Part shown: positions 37,106 to 47,059 of the stretch, piece by piece
Numbering within the stretch: the first letter of the stretch is position 1
Layout of the letters: every line of letters begins with the position of its first letter
Assembly: GCA_964411255.1 (NCBI GenBank)
Contig: CAYPKD010000005.1
Span: forward strand, 109,631-173,630
DNA: 64,000 bases
Direction: 5' to 3'
Source: an uncultured Gammaproteobacteria bacterium
GTDB taxonomy: Bacteria > Patescibacteriota > Patescibacteriia > UBA11705 > DATKZF01
Position numbers and translations under genes: made by a program
Notes under the pieces: model-generated
Databases searched by the model: none
What the model was told of the DNA's origin: nothing
Seen by the model: the letters and a program-made list of their open reading frames with translations, nothing else

Positions 37106-37178
37106 AGGTTTTCTAAAGACAAATGGCCAATGACAGAACTGGCAGCTTTTGACTAAAGCCCAATGACCATTCAATAAT

Positions 37179-38429
37179 ATGGACAAAACTAAAAAATCTT
37201 ATTCAAAAAAATTTGTTGTTTTTATTGTAATTGTCTCATTATTTTGGGGCAGCTTAGCTGGTGCTTTTTTTGGTTTTATAGGCGGTGTATTAGGACCAAA
37301 TTTATTGTCACCTTATATATCCAAAACTTCATGGGGCCAAGCATTAATTGAGCAGGGCACAAAAAATATAACATTACAAATTGAAGAAGAATCAGAAACA
37401 ATTGATGTGGTTGAAAAAGTATCGCCTTCAGTTGTCAGTATTGTAATATCAAAGGAATTAGATAATTTTTATAATATTAGCGGACCATTTGATTTTTTTG
37501 ACAACTTTTTCCCCTTCTTTCAAAGAAGATCACCTCAGCCAGAAAACGATGAACCAATAATACAAAAAGTAGGAGGAGGAACAGGATTTATAATTTCTGA
37601 AGATGGCATGATATTAACAAATAAACATGTGGTTGATGATGAGGATGCTGAATACACAGTAATTTTAAATGATGGCACTGAATATGAAGCAACAGTTTTA
37701 GGCAGGGATTTTACAAATGACATTGCAGTGATAAAAATTGAAGCAGAAAATTTATCAGTTGTTGAATTGGGTGATTCAGATGATATAAAAATAGGACAAA
37801 CAGTAATTGCTATTGGAAATGCTTTGGCAGAATTTTCAAATACGGTGACTAAGGGAGTAATCAGCGGAATTAATAGAGAAATAACTGCTGGTACCTCGAC
37901 TGGCCAGTCAGAAGAAATTAGAGAGGCTATCCAAACTGATGCAGCGATTAACCCAGGCAATTCTGGCGGACCATTACTGAATTTGAAAGGCCAGGTGATT
38001 GGCATTAATACAGCAATGAGCCAGGGCGGACAATTAGTCGGTTTTGCCATACCAGTTAATACAGCTAAACAAATTATTGAAAGTGTGAAAGAACATGGTA
38101 GAATTGTCAGACCATGGCTAGGGGTTCGTTATATTCCAATTAATGAACAAATTGCAAAAGAAAATAGTTTAGACTTTGATTATGGAGTTTTAATTTTGCG
38201 AGGCCAAACTCCAACTGAATTAGCTGTAGTTCCAGGTAGTCCGGCTGATAAAGCAGGTTTAATAGAAAATGATATAATATTAGAAGTCAGTGGGCAAAAA
38301 ATTGATGAAGATCATTTGCTCCCTTCAGAATTGTCAAAATATTCTCCAGGAGAAGAAATTGAATTAAAAATATTTCATAAAGGAGATGAGAAAAAAATAA
38401 AAGTTAAACTTGAAGAAAGAAAGCAGTAA
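37179..38429 (+). CDS. htrA: HtrA/DegP serine protease with PDZ domain
   Basis: GTGFII, TNKHVV, DIAV, IQTDAAINPGNSGGPL, SPADKAGL. Confidence 0.95.
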   Translation: MDKTKKSYSKKFVVFIVIVSLFWGSLAGAFFGFIGGVLGPNLLSPYISKTSWGQALIEQGTKNITLQIEEESETIDVVEKVSPSVVSIVISKELDNFYNISGPFDFFDNFFPFFQRRSPQPENDEPIIQKVGGGTGFIISEDGMILTNKHVVDDEDAEYTVILNDGTEYEATVLGRDFTNDIAVIKIEAENLSVVELGDSDDIKIGQTVIAIGNALAEFSNTVTKGVISGINREITAGTSTGQSEEIREAIQTDAAINPGNSGGPLLNLKGQVIGINTAMSQGGQLVGFAIPVNTAKQIIESVKEHGRIVRPWLGVRYIPINEQIAKENSLDFDYGVLILRGQTPTELAVVPGSPADKAGLIENDIILEVSGQKIDEDHLLPSELSKYSPGEEIELKIFHKGDEKKIKVKLEERKQ

Positions 38430-38432
38430 TTT

Positions 38433-39524
38433 ATGGAAGATGTGTGGGAAAAGAAAATTGAATCTTTATCAAAGGTTTTAAATATTTCAAAACTTGATAA
38501 AGAAATAAAAAAGCTTGAACAAAAAATGGCCAAGCCGCGCTTTTGGGATGATCAAAAAAAAGCAGCAAAAATTTCAAAAGAGGCAAATTTTATAAAGGAA
38601 ACAATTGAAAAATTTGAAAGTTTACGAAAAGATTTAAAGGAGTTAAAAGAGTTAAAGAAGTTAGCAAAAGAGGAGTCAGCCTACGCCAAGGCTTCGGCCG
38701 ACAAGGAAAACTGGGATAAAGAATTAATTGAAAAGGAAAAACAAATTGAAAAGTTATATAACCAGCTTGAAATACAGGCTTTATTTAGTAGTAAATATGA
38801 TAAAGAAAATACATTGCTTAGTATTTATGCTGGCGCAGGCGGCACAGATGCCCAGGACTGGGCAGAGATGCTGCTTCGAATGTATTTAAGGTATGCTGAA
38901 AAAAAAGGCTGGAAAACACAGATTATTGAAATTTCCGCTGGTCAAGAGGCTGGCATTAAATATGTGACCATGGAAATTCAAGGCCCATTAGCATATGGGC
39001 ATTTAAAAGCAGAAAAAGGCGTGCATCGCCTGGTTCGAATTTCTCCGTTTGATGCAGAGAAAATGAGACACACTTCATTTGCCATGGTTCAGGTTATGCC
39101 AGAGATCGAAGAGGAAGTTGAGCTTGAAATTGAAGAAAAGGATTTGCGATTGGATACGTTTAAGTCAGGCGGCCATGGCGGCCAGGGCGTAAATACAACT
39201 GATTCTGCAGTTCGGATTACCCATATTCCAACGGGTATAGTGGCTGTTTGCCAAAATGAGAGATCACAAGCGCAAAATAAAGAAACCGCAATGAAGATTT
39301 TAAAATCAAAGCTTCAGCATTTTTTTGAAACAGAAAAAGAAGAAGAACAAAAAGAAATCCGTGGTGAATTTACTGAAGCTGCCTGGGGAAATCAGATCCG
39401 GTCTTATGTTCAGCATCCATATCATCATGTTAAAGACCATCGGACAGGCTATACGGTTGAGGATGTTGACGAAGTTTTAGATGGGGAACTGGATGAATTT
39501 ATTTTGGAAAAATTAAAAAAGTAA
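38433..39524 (+). CDS. prfB: Peptide chain release factor 2 (continuous ORF)
   Basis: GGTDAQDWA, RISPF (SPF), GGQ, WGNQIRSY. Confidence 0.97.
   Translation: MEDVWEKKIESLSKVLNISKLDKEIKKLEQKMAKPRFWDDQKKAAKISKEANFIKETIEKFESLRKDLKELKELKKLAKEESAYAKASADKENWDKELIEKEKQIEKLYNQLEIQALFSSKYDKENTLLSIYAGAGGTDAQDWAEMLLRMYLRYAEKKGWKTQIIEISAGQEAGIKYVTMEIQGPLAYGHLKAEKGVHRLVRISPFDAEKMRHTSFAMVQVMPEIEEEVELEIEEKDLRLDTFKSGGHGGQGVNTTDSAVRITHIPTGIVAVCQNERSQAQNKETAMKILKSKLQHFFETEKEEEQKEIRGEFTEAAWGNQIRSYVQHPYHHVKDHRTGYTVEDVDEVLDGELDEFILEKLKK
38676..38705 (+). repeat. 30-nt element inserted in-frame in prfB
   Basis: Encodes SAYAKASADK; 22-nt core identical to 45167-45188. Confidence 0.8.
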
Positions 39525-39642
39525 CAAATAAGTAAAATTTTAATATTTTCATAAAACAGGCCTAGTGCCTGTTTTTCGTTTGTCATTGATTTATATAGCC
39601 ATTTTGCTAAAATATAGATAAACTTAATCATCAACAAAATCT

Positions 39643-41802
39643 ATGTCAAAAAATGAAAAAATTTCTTTAATTATTATTTTTGTCCTGGCTATTATTATTA
39701 TTGCTGGAGGTGTGTATTTTTGGTGGGATTCGAGAACCGTAGAAGTTCAAAAGGTGATAGAAAAAATTGAAGAACGAGCTGAAGATATTGTTGTCACCCC
39801 AGAGGCAGAAGCTGGAAATTTCGCCACTTATCAGGAGGTTGAAGTTAGTATTGATCCAAAGGTAGCTGCCTACACTGTAAAACCAGATTTTAGCGATGTT
39901 GAAAATTATGACCAGTTTACATTTTCAGACAGCGCAGAAGAGCTTTTATTAAAAAATTATTTTGCAGTAGTTCCGACATATAATGACGAGTTTTTCTCAA
40001 TTTATGAATCAAACCGATATGATTTAATTCCGAGCTTCATAACCACTGATTCAGTGCTGCATAATTATCATCTGCTTTTCAATTATTTATTAAAAAAAGT
40101 TGAAAAAGAAAAATTATATCAGGCAGCTATAGATTTAACAGAGGAGATGCTGGAGGCATCAGAGAGACAGTATGAAGATTTAAAAGATACAGATTGGGCA
40201 GATTCAGCGAAGAGAAATATTGCATTCTTTACAGTCGCTAAAAATTTATTAGACGAGGATGCAGATATTGATGAGCTGGTTGAAGATGAGGTTGAAACTG
40301 AATTAAATTTAATTAAAGAACATGCTGGTATTAAAGAATCAATGGTGATAAATATAGGACAAAACATTGAGGCAATTGACGCTTACCGGGAAGATTATTC
40401 CCAATACATTCCAAGAGGGCATTATACAAAAACAGAAGAATTAAAAAAATATTTTAAGGCTTTAATGTGGTATGGCCGGATTAATTTTAGATTAAAGAGC
40501 GATGAGGAAACAAAATCATCTATTTTAATGACCCAGGCTTTAAGAAATAATAAAGTAGCTTTTAAAAATTGGGAGATAATATTTAATCCTGTTAGTTTTT
40601 TTGTTGGTAAAACAGACGATTTGACTTTTTATGATTATGATTTGATTTATGATCAGGTATATAAAGGCAACAGTTTGACAGATGTTGAAAAATTTACCCA
40701 GTTTAAATCTGCTGTAAAGAATTTAGATAAGCCAAAAATTAATTCAATGCCAATTTTTCAGTCTGAAATTATGCCAGACCGTGAAGAGGAAATTTTTGGC
40801 TGGCGATTTATGGGCCAGCGGTATACGATTGACGCTGAGGTTTTTCAGCATTTAATTGACCGGGAAGTAGAAGACAGGATGCTGCCAAAGGGTTTGGATA
40901 TTCCTGCTGCCTTTGGTTCAGAATTGGCATCAGATCAGCTTGAATCTGAAGGTGAGTTTGAATACCCTGGCTATGAAACAAATTTGAAATTAATGCAGGA
41001 TTATGTAAAAACTTTAGAAGTTGATATTTGGACTCAAAATTTATATTGGGGCTGGCTTTATACTTTAACTGATTTGATTGATCCAGTTGATAAGGGTTAT
41101 CCGAGCTTTATGACAAACCAGGCCTGGCAGTATAAAGATTTGCAGACAATTTTGGCCAGTTGGACTGAATTAAAGCATGATACGATTTTATATGCTAAGC
41201 AAGTTTATGCAGAACTTGGCGGTGCGCCAGAAGATGAGGGGGATGATAGAGGTTATGTTGAACCACGGCCTTATGTTTATGCCAGATTAGCTTCTTTGTT
41301 AAAAATGACTGCTGAAGGTCTTCAAGTCAGACAATTAATTGGTGAAGATGACATTGCTTTATTAGAAAGATTTGAAAAATTAGTTATAGATTTGAAAGAA
41401 ATAAGTGAAAAAGAATTAAATGGCCAGAAATTAAGCGATGAGGATTACGAGCTAATTAAATATTTTGGCGGTGATCTGGAGCATTTATGGCTGGAAGTTA
41501 TGCGAGATGAGGGAGTAACCAGCCGTGCTCAGACAAATGATAATCCAGCTGCTTTAGTAGCAGATGTGGCCACTGATCCGAATGGATTTGTGCTGGAAGA
41601 AGCAATCGGCCATGTTGATGCTATATATGTCATTTTCCCGCTTGACGGAAAACTGCGAATCGGCAAAGGCGGAGTATTTTCTCATTATGAATTTATTCAT
41701 CCGATGAGTGACCGTTTAACAGATGAAGCCTGGCAGGAAATGCTTTATATGGAAGAAGATCCAGAACGAGCTGAGTGGCACAGTAATTTTTTAGCTGACT
41801 AA
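39643..41802 (+). CDS. DUF3160-like membrane-anchored protein
   Basis: FITTDSVLH, DYSQYIPRGHYT, SWTELKHDTILYAKQ, GYVEP, RLTDEAW. Confidence 0.8.
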   Translation: MSKNEKISLIIIFVLAIIIIAGGVYFWWDSRTVEVQKVIEKIEERAEDIVVTPEAEAGNFATYQEVEVSIDPKVAAYTVKPDFSDVENYDQFTFSDSAEELLLKNYFAVVPTYNDEFFSIYESNRYDLIPSFITTDSVLHNYHLLFNYLLKKVEKEKLYQAAIDLTEEMLEASERQYEDLKDTDWADSAKRNIAFFTVAKNLLDEDADIDELVEDEVETELNLIKEHAGIKESMVINIGQNIEAIDAYREDYSQYIPRGHYTKTEELKKYFKALMWYGRINFRLKSDEETKSSILMTQALRNNKVAFKNWEIIFNPVSFFVGKTDDLTFYDYDLIYDQVYKGNSLTDVEKFTQFKSAVKNLDKPKINSMPIFQSEIMPDREEEIFGWRFMGQRYTIDAEVFQHLIDREVEDRMLPKGLDIPAAFGSELASDQLESEGEFEYPGYETNLKLMQDYVKTLEVDIWTQNLYWGWLYTLTDLIDPVDKGYPSFMTNQAWQYKDLQTILASWTELKHDTILYAKQVYAELGGAPEDEGDDRGYVEPRPYVYARLASLLKMTAEGLQVRQLIGEDDIALLERFEKLVIDLKEISEKELNGQKLSDEDYELIKYFGGDLEHLWLEVMRDEGVTSRAQTNDNPAALVADVATDPNGFVLEEAIGHVDAIYVIFPLDGKLRIGKGGVFSHYEFIHPMSDRLTDEAWQEMLYMEEDPERAEWHSNFLAD

Positions 41803-41824
41803 ATAATTAGTAACAATAGATTTT

Positions 41825-42742
41825 ATGTCAAAAATTTTAGTTACAGGAGGAGCTGGATTTATCGGCTCACATTTAACAGACAGTTTGATCAGCAATGGCC
41901 ATCAGGTAGTAGTGGTTGATAATTTAATCACAGGTGATAAAAGCAATCTAAATAAAGATGCTAAATTTTATGATTTAGACATTCAGGATAAAAAGCTGGA
42001 TAAAATATTTAAAAAAGAGAAATTTGATTATGTTTTTCATTTGGCAGCGCAAATGAATGTGCGTTTATCTATCAAAGATCCAATTTTTGATGCTCAAAAT
42101 AATATTTTAGGCAGCATAAATATTTTGGAGAATTGCGTAAAGCATAAAGTAAAAAAAATCATTTTCTCTTCTACTGGTGGCGCTCTTTATGGTGAGGCAG
42201 ATTTAATCCCAACACCAGAGGATTATAATATTGAACCGATTTCTCCTTATGGTATTGCAAAACTTAGCATTGAAAGTTATTTGCATTATTATCATCTTGT
42301 CTATGGTTTGAAATACACTTCTCTTCGTTATTCTAATGTGTATGGTCCAAGACAAAATCCAAAAGGAGAAGCCGGGGTAGTTGCAATTTTTATAAATAAA
42401 TTATTTAAAAAACAGCAGCCGATAATAAATGGCGATGGTACGCAAACACGAGATTATGTTTATGTGGATGATGTGGTGCAGGCAAATTTACTGGCTTTGG
42501 ATAATGATAAAGTCGGAGCGTTCAATGTCAGTTCTGGAAAGGAAACTTCAGTCAATGTATTATTTCATAAGTTAAATAAACTTACAGAGGCAGGTATGTC
42601 TGAGAAACATGCGCCAGCTATTTTAGGTGAACAGCAAAGAAGCTGTCTTAATTGTTCTAAAATAAAAAAAGAATTTGGCTGGGAGCCAAAAGTAGATTTG
42701 GATAAAGGTTTGCAGCAGACGGTTGACTGGTTTAAAAAATAA
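41825..42742 (+). CDS. NAD-dependent epimerase/dehydratase (GalE-like)
   Basis: ILVTGGAGFIGSH, HLAAQ, SPYGIAK (YxxxK), NVYGPRQ, TRDYVYV. Confidence 0.93.
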   Translation: MSKILVTGGAGFIGSHLTDSLISNGHQVVVVDNLITGDKSNLNKDAKFYDLDIQDKKLDKIFKKEKFDYVFHLAAQMNVRLSIKDPIFDAQNNILGSINILENCVKHKVKKIIFSSTGGALYGEADLIPTPEDYNIEPISPYGIAKLSIESYLHYYHLVYGLKYTSLRYSNVYGPRQNPKGEAGVVAIFINKLFKKQQPIINGDGTQTRDYVYVDDVVQANLLALDNDKVGAFNVSSGKETSVNVLFHKLNKLTEAGMSEKHAPAILGEQQRSCLNCSKIKKEFGWEPKVDLDKGLQQTVDWFKK

Positions 42743-42746
42743 AAAT

Positions 42747-44411
42747 ATGAAAATTTTGGGCATATTTTTAAAAGCAATGTTTGTAGCCATGTGCGTATGG
42801 ATTTTTGTTTTTGAAGCGATTTGGATTTTAGTTTCAGTTTCTAAAGCTCAGCCCAATGTGTACCAGGAAAAGCAACGACCGGTTTGTGCGCGCAAGGATT
42901 TATCAGCCCAGGATTTTTATTTGTTTGAAACATCTGCGATTTTAGACGAGGTAAATAATTTTATCGGGCAAAGTAAAAAAAATATTTCAGTAATTTTTGT
43001 AGGTGACATAATGTTGTCCAGAGACGTCAATGATCGGATGCGAGCTTATAATGATTATTTTTATCCTTTCCTAGAGCTGGAAGGTTTTTTAAATAATGCT
43101 GATTTGACTTTTGGCAATTTAGAATCTCCGATTTTGTACGGCAATTATGTTCCGGTAAATAGCTTTTCTTTTGATGCTCATCCGGAAACCGCTAAAAGTA
43201 TGGCCAAGGCTGGGTTTGATGTTTTGTCTATGGCCAATAATCATGCTGGTAATATGGGTCAGGCAGGATTTTTGAAAAGCTTTGAAAAAATTAATGAAAA
43301 TGGAATGTATTATACTGGAGCAGCAAAGAAAAGATCTGACTTGGACCAACAAGGCGTGATCACAGAAGTTGAGGGTATAAAAATTGGCTGGTTAGCATAT
43401 GCTTATGGCCCGTCACATTATGGTACTGACGGAGATTATCCTGGCATGGCCTTGATGGATATTGAAAAAATGAAAAAGGATGTAGAACGTTTGAAAAAAG
43501 AGACTAATCATGTTTTTGTCTCAATGCATGCTGGTACAGAATATACTGAAAATATTTCAGGCCAGCAAAGAGATTTTGCCCAGGCAGCAATTGACCAGGG
43601 CGCAAGTATGGTAATTGGCCATCATCCGCATGTGGTTCAAAGAGTCGAAAGGTATAATGATGGCTTTATAATGTTTAGTTTGGGAAATTTTATTTTTGAT
43701 CAGATGTGGTCGCAGAATACCAGGCGTGGATTGGCAACAAAAATATATTTAGACAAAGAAAATATTAATCGGTTTGAATATTATCCGATAAAAATATTTG
43801 ATTATAGCCAGCCCAGATTAGCTGAAGAGAATGATAAGCAAAATATTTATAATCGACTTAGAACAGAATTGAATTTGGAAAAAGCAGTTTTTGTAAATGA
43901 TAATAAAATTAAGTTTACAGAAATAGCGACTCAAGGTTTAGCTGAGCAAATAGAAGAAAAAGTTTTAACAGCTGATTTAAATGAAAATAATATACCTGAA
44001 TATATTTATCAAAGAGAAGATAAGCTTTATATTATTGAAAATAATACTCTCCAATGGCAAAGCTTTCCAGACTGGCAGGTGAAAAAAGTATTCTTAGCAG
44101 ATGCCAATGCAGATGGCAAAATTGACATTAATATTATTTTAGATAAAGAAGATGGCAATCATTGGTTTATTTATGGATGGAGAAGAGACAGCTGGCAGCC
44201 GTATTGGGATTCATCAGAGATATTCCCAGCCATTATAGATATTGAAGAAATTTCTCCAGGCAAGTTTTTAATTTTAGAAAAAGAGAATGATAAAAAGAAT
44301 TTGACTGTCTGGGAATGGGAAGAATGGGGACATAAATTGGTAGATGAAGTGAAAGGGGTGGAATTTGAAAGTATTGAAAGGGTTGGGAATGGATTGTTTT
44401 TTATAAAATAG
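42747..44411 (+). CDS. CapA/PGA_cap metallophosphatase family protein with C-terminal extension
   Basis: VGDIML, GNLESP, MANNH, MHAGTEY, IGHHPHVVQ, SLGNFIFDQ; ATG at 42747. Confidence 0.88.
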   Translation: MKILGIFLKAMFVAMCVWIFVFEAIWILVSVSKAQPNVYQEKQRPVCARKDLSAQDFYLFETSAILDEVNNFIGQSKKNISVIFVGDIMLSRDVNDRMRAYNDYFYPFLELEGFLNNADLTFGNLESPILYGNYVPVNSFSFDAHPETAKSMAKAGFDVLSMANNHAGNMGQAGFLKSFEKINENGMYYTGAAKKRSDLDQQGVITEVEGIKIGWLAYAYGPSHYGTDGDYPGMALMDIEKMKKDVERLKKETNHVFVSMHAGTEYTENISGQQRDFAQAAIDQGASMVIGHHPHVVQRVERYNDGFIMFSLGNFIFDQMWSQNTRRGLATKIYLDKENINRFEYYPIKIFDYSQPRLAEENDKQNIYNRLRTELNLEKAVFVNDNKIKFTEIATQGLAEQIEEKVLTADLNENNIPEYIYQREDKLYIIENNTLQWQSFPDWQVKKVFLADANADGKIDINIILDKEDGNHWFIYGWRRDSWQPYWDSSEIFPAIIDIEEISPGKFLILEKENDKKNLTVWEWEEWGHKLVDEVKGVEFESIERVGNGLFFIK

Positions 44412-44521
44412 CTTACTCGGGGAATCACAGATTCCCCTCGGCAGTAGGATTTTGACTCGGGGAATCGCATATTCTCCTCGTCACTCATCCTGCGCTGAGG
44501 GGTAACTGAGTTACCCCGACC
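44412..44521. repeat. Left REP cluster
   Basis: ACTCGGGGAATC-n3-GATTCCCCTCG at 44415-44440 and 44455-44480; inverted variant at 44496-44521. Confidence 0.85.
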
Positions 44522-44532
44522 GGGTATTAAGT

Positions 44533-45102
44533 ATGTCAGTAGAAAAGCATAGTGAGATAAAAGAAAAAGGCGGAATCTATTTTTTTACAACTAGGGTTCT
44601 AGGTGGTAATAATATTTTTATTAAAAAGAGATATATTGATATTATTAAGAATGCGTATGATTTTGCAGAGAAGAAAAGAAATATAAAAAATTTAATTTGG
44701 ACTATAATGCCAAATCATTTGCATTGGATATTTAAGTTAGATGAAAGTAATGATGATCCAATTCCAATTTATCAATACTTTAAACGGCATACTGCCAGAG
44801 AGACATTGCAATTGTTAATGCATGAATCACAAATGAAACCATTTGAAATAGTTAGGTTTTTTAGAAAGTGTAGGTATTACACAGCTGAAGAATTATTAAG
44901 AAGTTTTAAAATTAGAAATAATTATCAATTGTGGGAAAGGAAGCCAGATTTAAAATTATTATATTCCTCTGAGTTTATTAGAATAAAAGTTAATTATATT
45001 TATGAAAATCCGTTCAGAGAGCCGTGGACATTAGTACAAGACCCACAAGATTATCCATTTACTTATATAAATTGGGATTTGATAAACGAATTTTTAGAAT
45101 AA
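44533..45102 (+). mobile_element. REP-associated tyrosine transposase (RAYT/TnpA-REP, Y1 HUH)
   Basis: YFFTT, MPNHLHW (HUH), FKRHTA, LWER, YIYENP; flanked by REPs. Confidence 0.88.
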
Positions 45103-45109
45103 AGTCTCT

Positions 45110-45208
45110 CTTACTCGGGGAATCGCAGATTCCCCTCGGCAGTAGGGTTTTGACTCGGGGAATCGCCAGCCTACGCCAAGGCTTCGGCTCGCAGGCAGAT
45201 TCCCCTCG
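45110..45208. repeat. Right REP cluster, second REP interrupted by a 30-nt element
   Basis: 45110-45166 repeats 44412-44468 with 2 mismatches; insertion at 45166-45195. Confidence 0.85.
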
Positions 45209-45222
45209 ACAATAAGATTTTT

Positions 45223-46065
45223 ATGAAACAAGAGATTTTAAATTTATTAGAAAAATACGATTTAGGTCCAAAGAAATATTTTGGGCAAAATTTTTTAATA
45301 GATCAACAGGCCTTAAAAAAAATAATTCAGGTTTCTGAGATAAAAAGCGCTGACAACATTCTAGAAATCGGACCTGGACTGGGGTTTTTAACAAAAGAGC
45401 TTGCGAAAAAGGCAAAAAAAGTGGCAGCTGTTGAAATAGATAAAAGCTTGTATTTTATTTTAAAACAGGAATTGAAAAAAATAAAAAACATTGAATTAAT
45501 TAATGATGATATTTTGCAATATGGTTTGGAAAAACTAAAAAAAGTTTTTAATAATCAAAATTATAAAATTGTTGCTAATCTGCCTTATCAGATCACTTCT
45601 CATTTTTTGAAAAAATTTTTAACAGCCCCATATCATCCTGAGCAAATGACTTTGATGGTCCAAAAAGAAGTGGCTGAAAGAATATGCGCTAAGCCTGGAG
45701 CTCACAGCCTGCTTTCGTTATCTGCGCAGTTTTATAGCCAGCCTGAAATTATTCAGATCGTTGATGCAGAAAGTTTTTTTCCAAAGCCAAAGGTGGACAG
45801 TGCGATTATAAAGTTAAAAAATATTCACAAAAGTTCAATAGAAGTGGATGAAAATCTTTTTTTTAGACTTTTGCGCATTGGTTTTTCAGCAAAAAGAAAG
45901 CAATTGCAGAATAATTTAGCTAATGGGTTTCATGAAAATAAGGAAAAATTCAAGGATTTGCTTGAAAAAACAGGCCTTTCTGTGCAAATTAGGGCACAGG
46001 AGCTGGATCTAGCAGATTGGCAGGATTTATACAAATACTTAATAAAATTGAAAATATTAAAATAG
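45223..46065 (+). CDS. rsmA: 16S rRNA dimethyltransferase RsmA/KsgA
   Basis: GQNFL, LEIGPGLG, VEID, VANLPYQIT, MVQKEVAER, PKVDSA. Confidence 0.97.
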   Translation: MKQEILNLLEKYDLGPKKYFGQNFLIDQQALKKIIQVSEIKSADNILEIGPGLGFLTKELAKKAKKVAAVEIDKSLYFILKQELKKIKNIELINDDILQYGLEKLKKVFNNQNYKIVANLPYQITSHFLKKFLTAPYHPEQMTLMVQKEVAERICAKPGAHSLLSLSAQFYSQPEIIQIVDAESFFPKPKVDSAIIKLKNIHKSSIEVDENLFFRLLRIGFSAKRKQLQNNLANGFHENKEKFKDLLEKTGLSVQIRAQELDLADWQDLYKYLIKLKILK

Positions 46066-46182
46066 TGGATAACTCCACTATTTTTTAATGAAAACAGGCG
46101 TTTTTTGTGGTATAATAATTATAGTAAATCCAAAACTCTGATCGAAGAGGAGTTTTGAATTTTTATGTCTTTATAGCTTCTT

Positions 46183-46977
46183 ATGGAGCAAGATTATAAT
46201 AATGATCACAATTTAGAAAACACCCACTATCAAGATCCAGAAAAACCAGTTGAAGAACATCACAGGCTGGATCGACAGCAGAAAATTTCAATCGCTGTAA
46301 TTGCAGTAATTGGAATCGGGGTGCTTGTTTTGGGTTTTTGGCAATTTAGACGAACTGTAGAGGTTCCGTTTCCAGATTTTTCAAAAGACAAGACTGAAGA
46401 GCAAAGTCCAGTCCTTGAAGATACACGTGATGAAACATTAAAAGATCAGGATACAGATAGTGACGGACTTAATGATTATGACGAGGTTTATGTTTATCAG
46501 ACCAGCCCGTATTTGAATGATTCTGACAGTGACGGGTATTTAGACAAGGAAGAAATTGAAAACGGATATGATCCTAATTGTCCATCCGGTCAAAATTGCT
46601 TTAACGAATCTTTTGAGGACGTTGTTACCCAAACTCCGGCTCCAGCTGGCAATGGACAGCAGGCTGAAGGTGTAGAAATGACCGCTGATGAAATTAGGGC
46701 AGAGCTTCTGGCTACTGGCATGGTTGATGAACAGACCTTAAATTCAGTAGATGATGCTTCTTTGCTGCAATTATATGAGCAAAGCATGGGTGAACCTTCA
46801 ACACCTGAGGGTGTGAGTTCTGTTAATGATTTATATAATCTTTCAGCAGATGAAGTGAGGCAAATTTTAATTGACGAAGGAATGGATCCAGAGCAGTTAA
46901 ATCAGATAGATGATGAGACTATATTAAAAATGTATAAGGATACGCTGGATGAAGTGCAGAAGGAGCAGGAAGAATAG
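46183..46977 (+). CDS. Membrane-anchored protein with TSP3-like Ca-binding repeats
   Basis: TM; DTDSDGLNDYDE, DSDSDGYLDKEE; two C-terminal ADE.R..L...G...L...DD repeats. Confidence 0.8.
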   Translation: MEQDYNNDHNLENTHYQDPEKPVEEHHRLDRQQKISIAVIAVIGIGVLVLGFWQFRRTVEVPFPDFSKDKTEEQSPVLEDTRDETLKDQDTDSDGLNDYDEVYVYQTSPYLNDSDSDGYLDKEEIENGYDPNCPSGQNCFNESFEDVVTQTPAPAGNGQQAEGVEMTADEIRAELLATGMVDEQTLNSVDDASLLQLYEQSMGEPSTPEGVSSVNDLYNLSADEVRQILIDEGMDPEQLNQIDDETILKMYKDTLDEVQKEQEE

Positions 46978-47059
46978 TTAGATTGGTAGATCAGTAGGTT
47001 TGTAGACCTGTAGGATATATTAATTAAATATCTGTTTTCCTTAATTCAAGAGTATAGTT

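Noticed and set aside
38433-38520. Programmed +1 frameshift in prfB
   Set aside because: ORF is continuous; no CTT-TGA-C site
44412-45208. CRISPR array
   Set aside because: Only two repeats per side, the spacers are nearly identical, and the adjacent gene is a HUH transposase rather than cas
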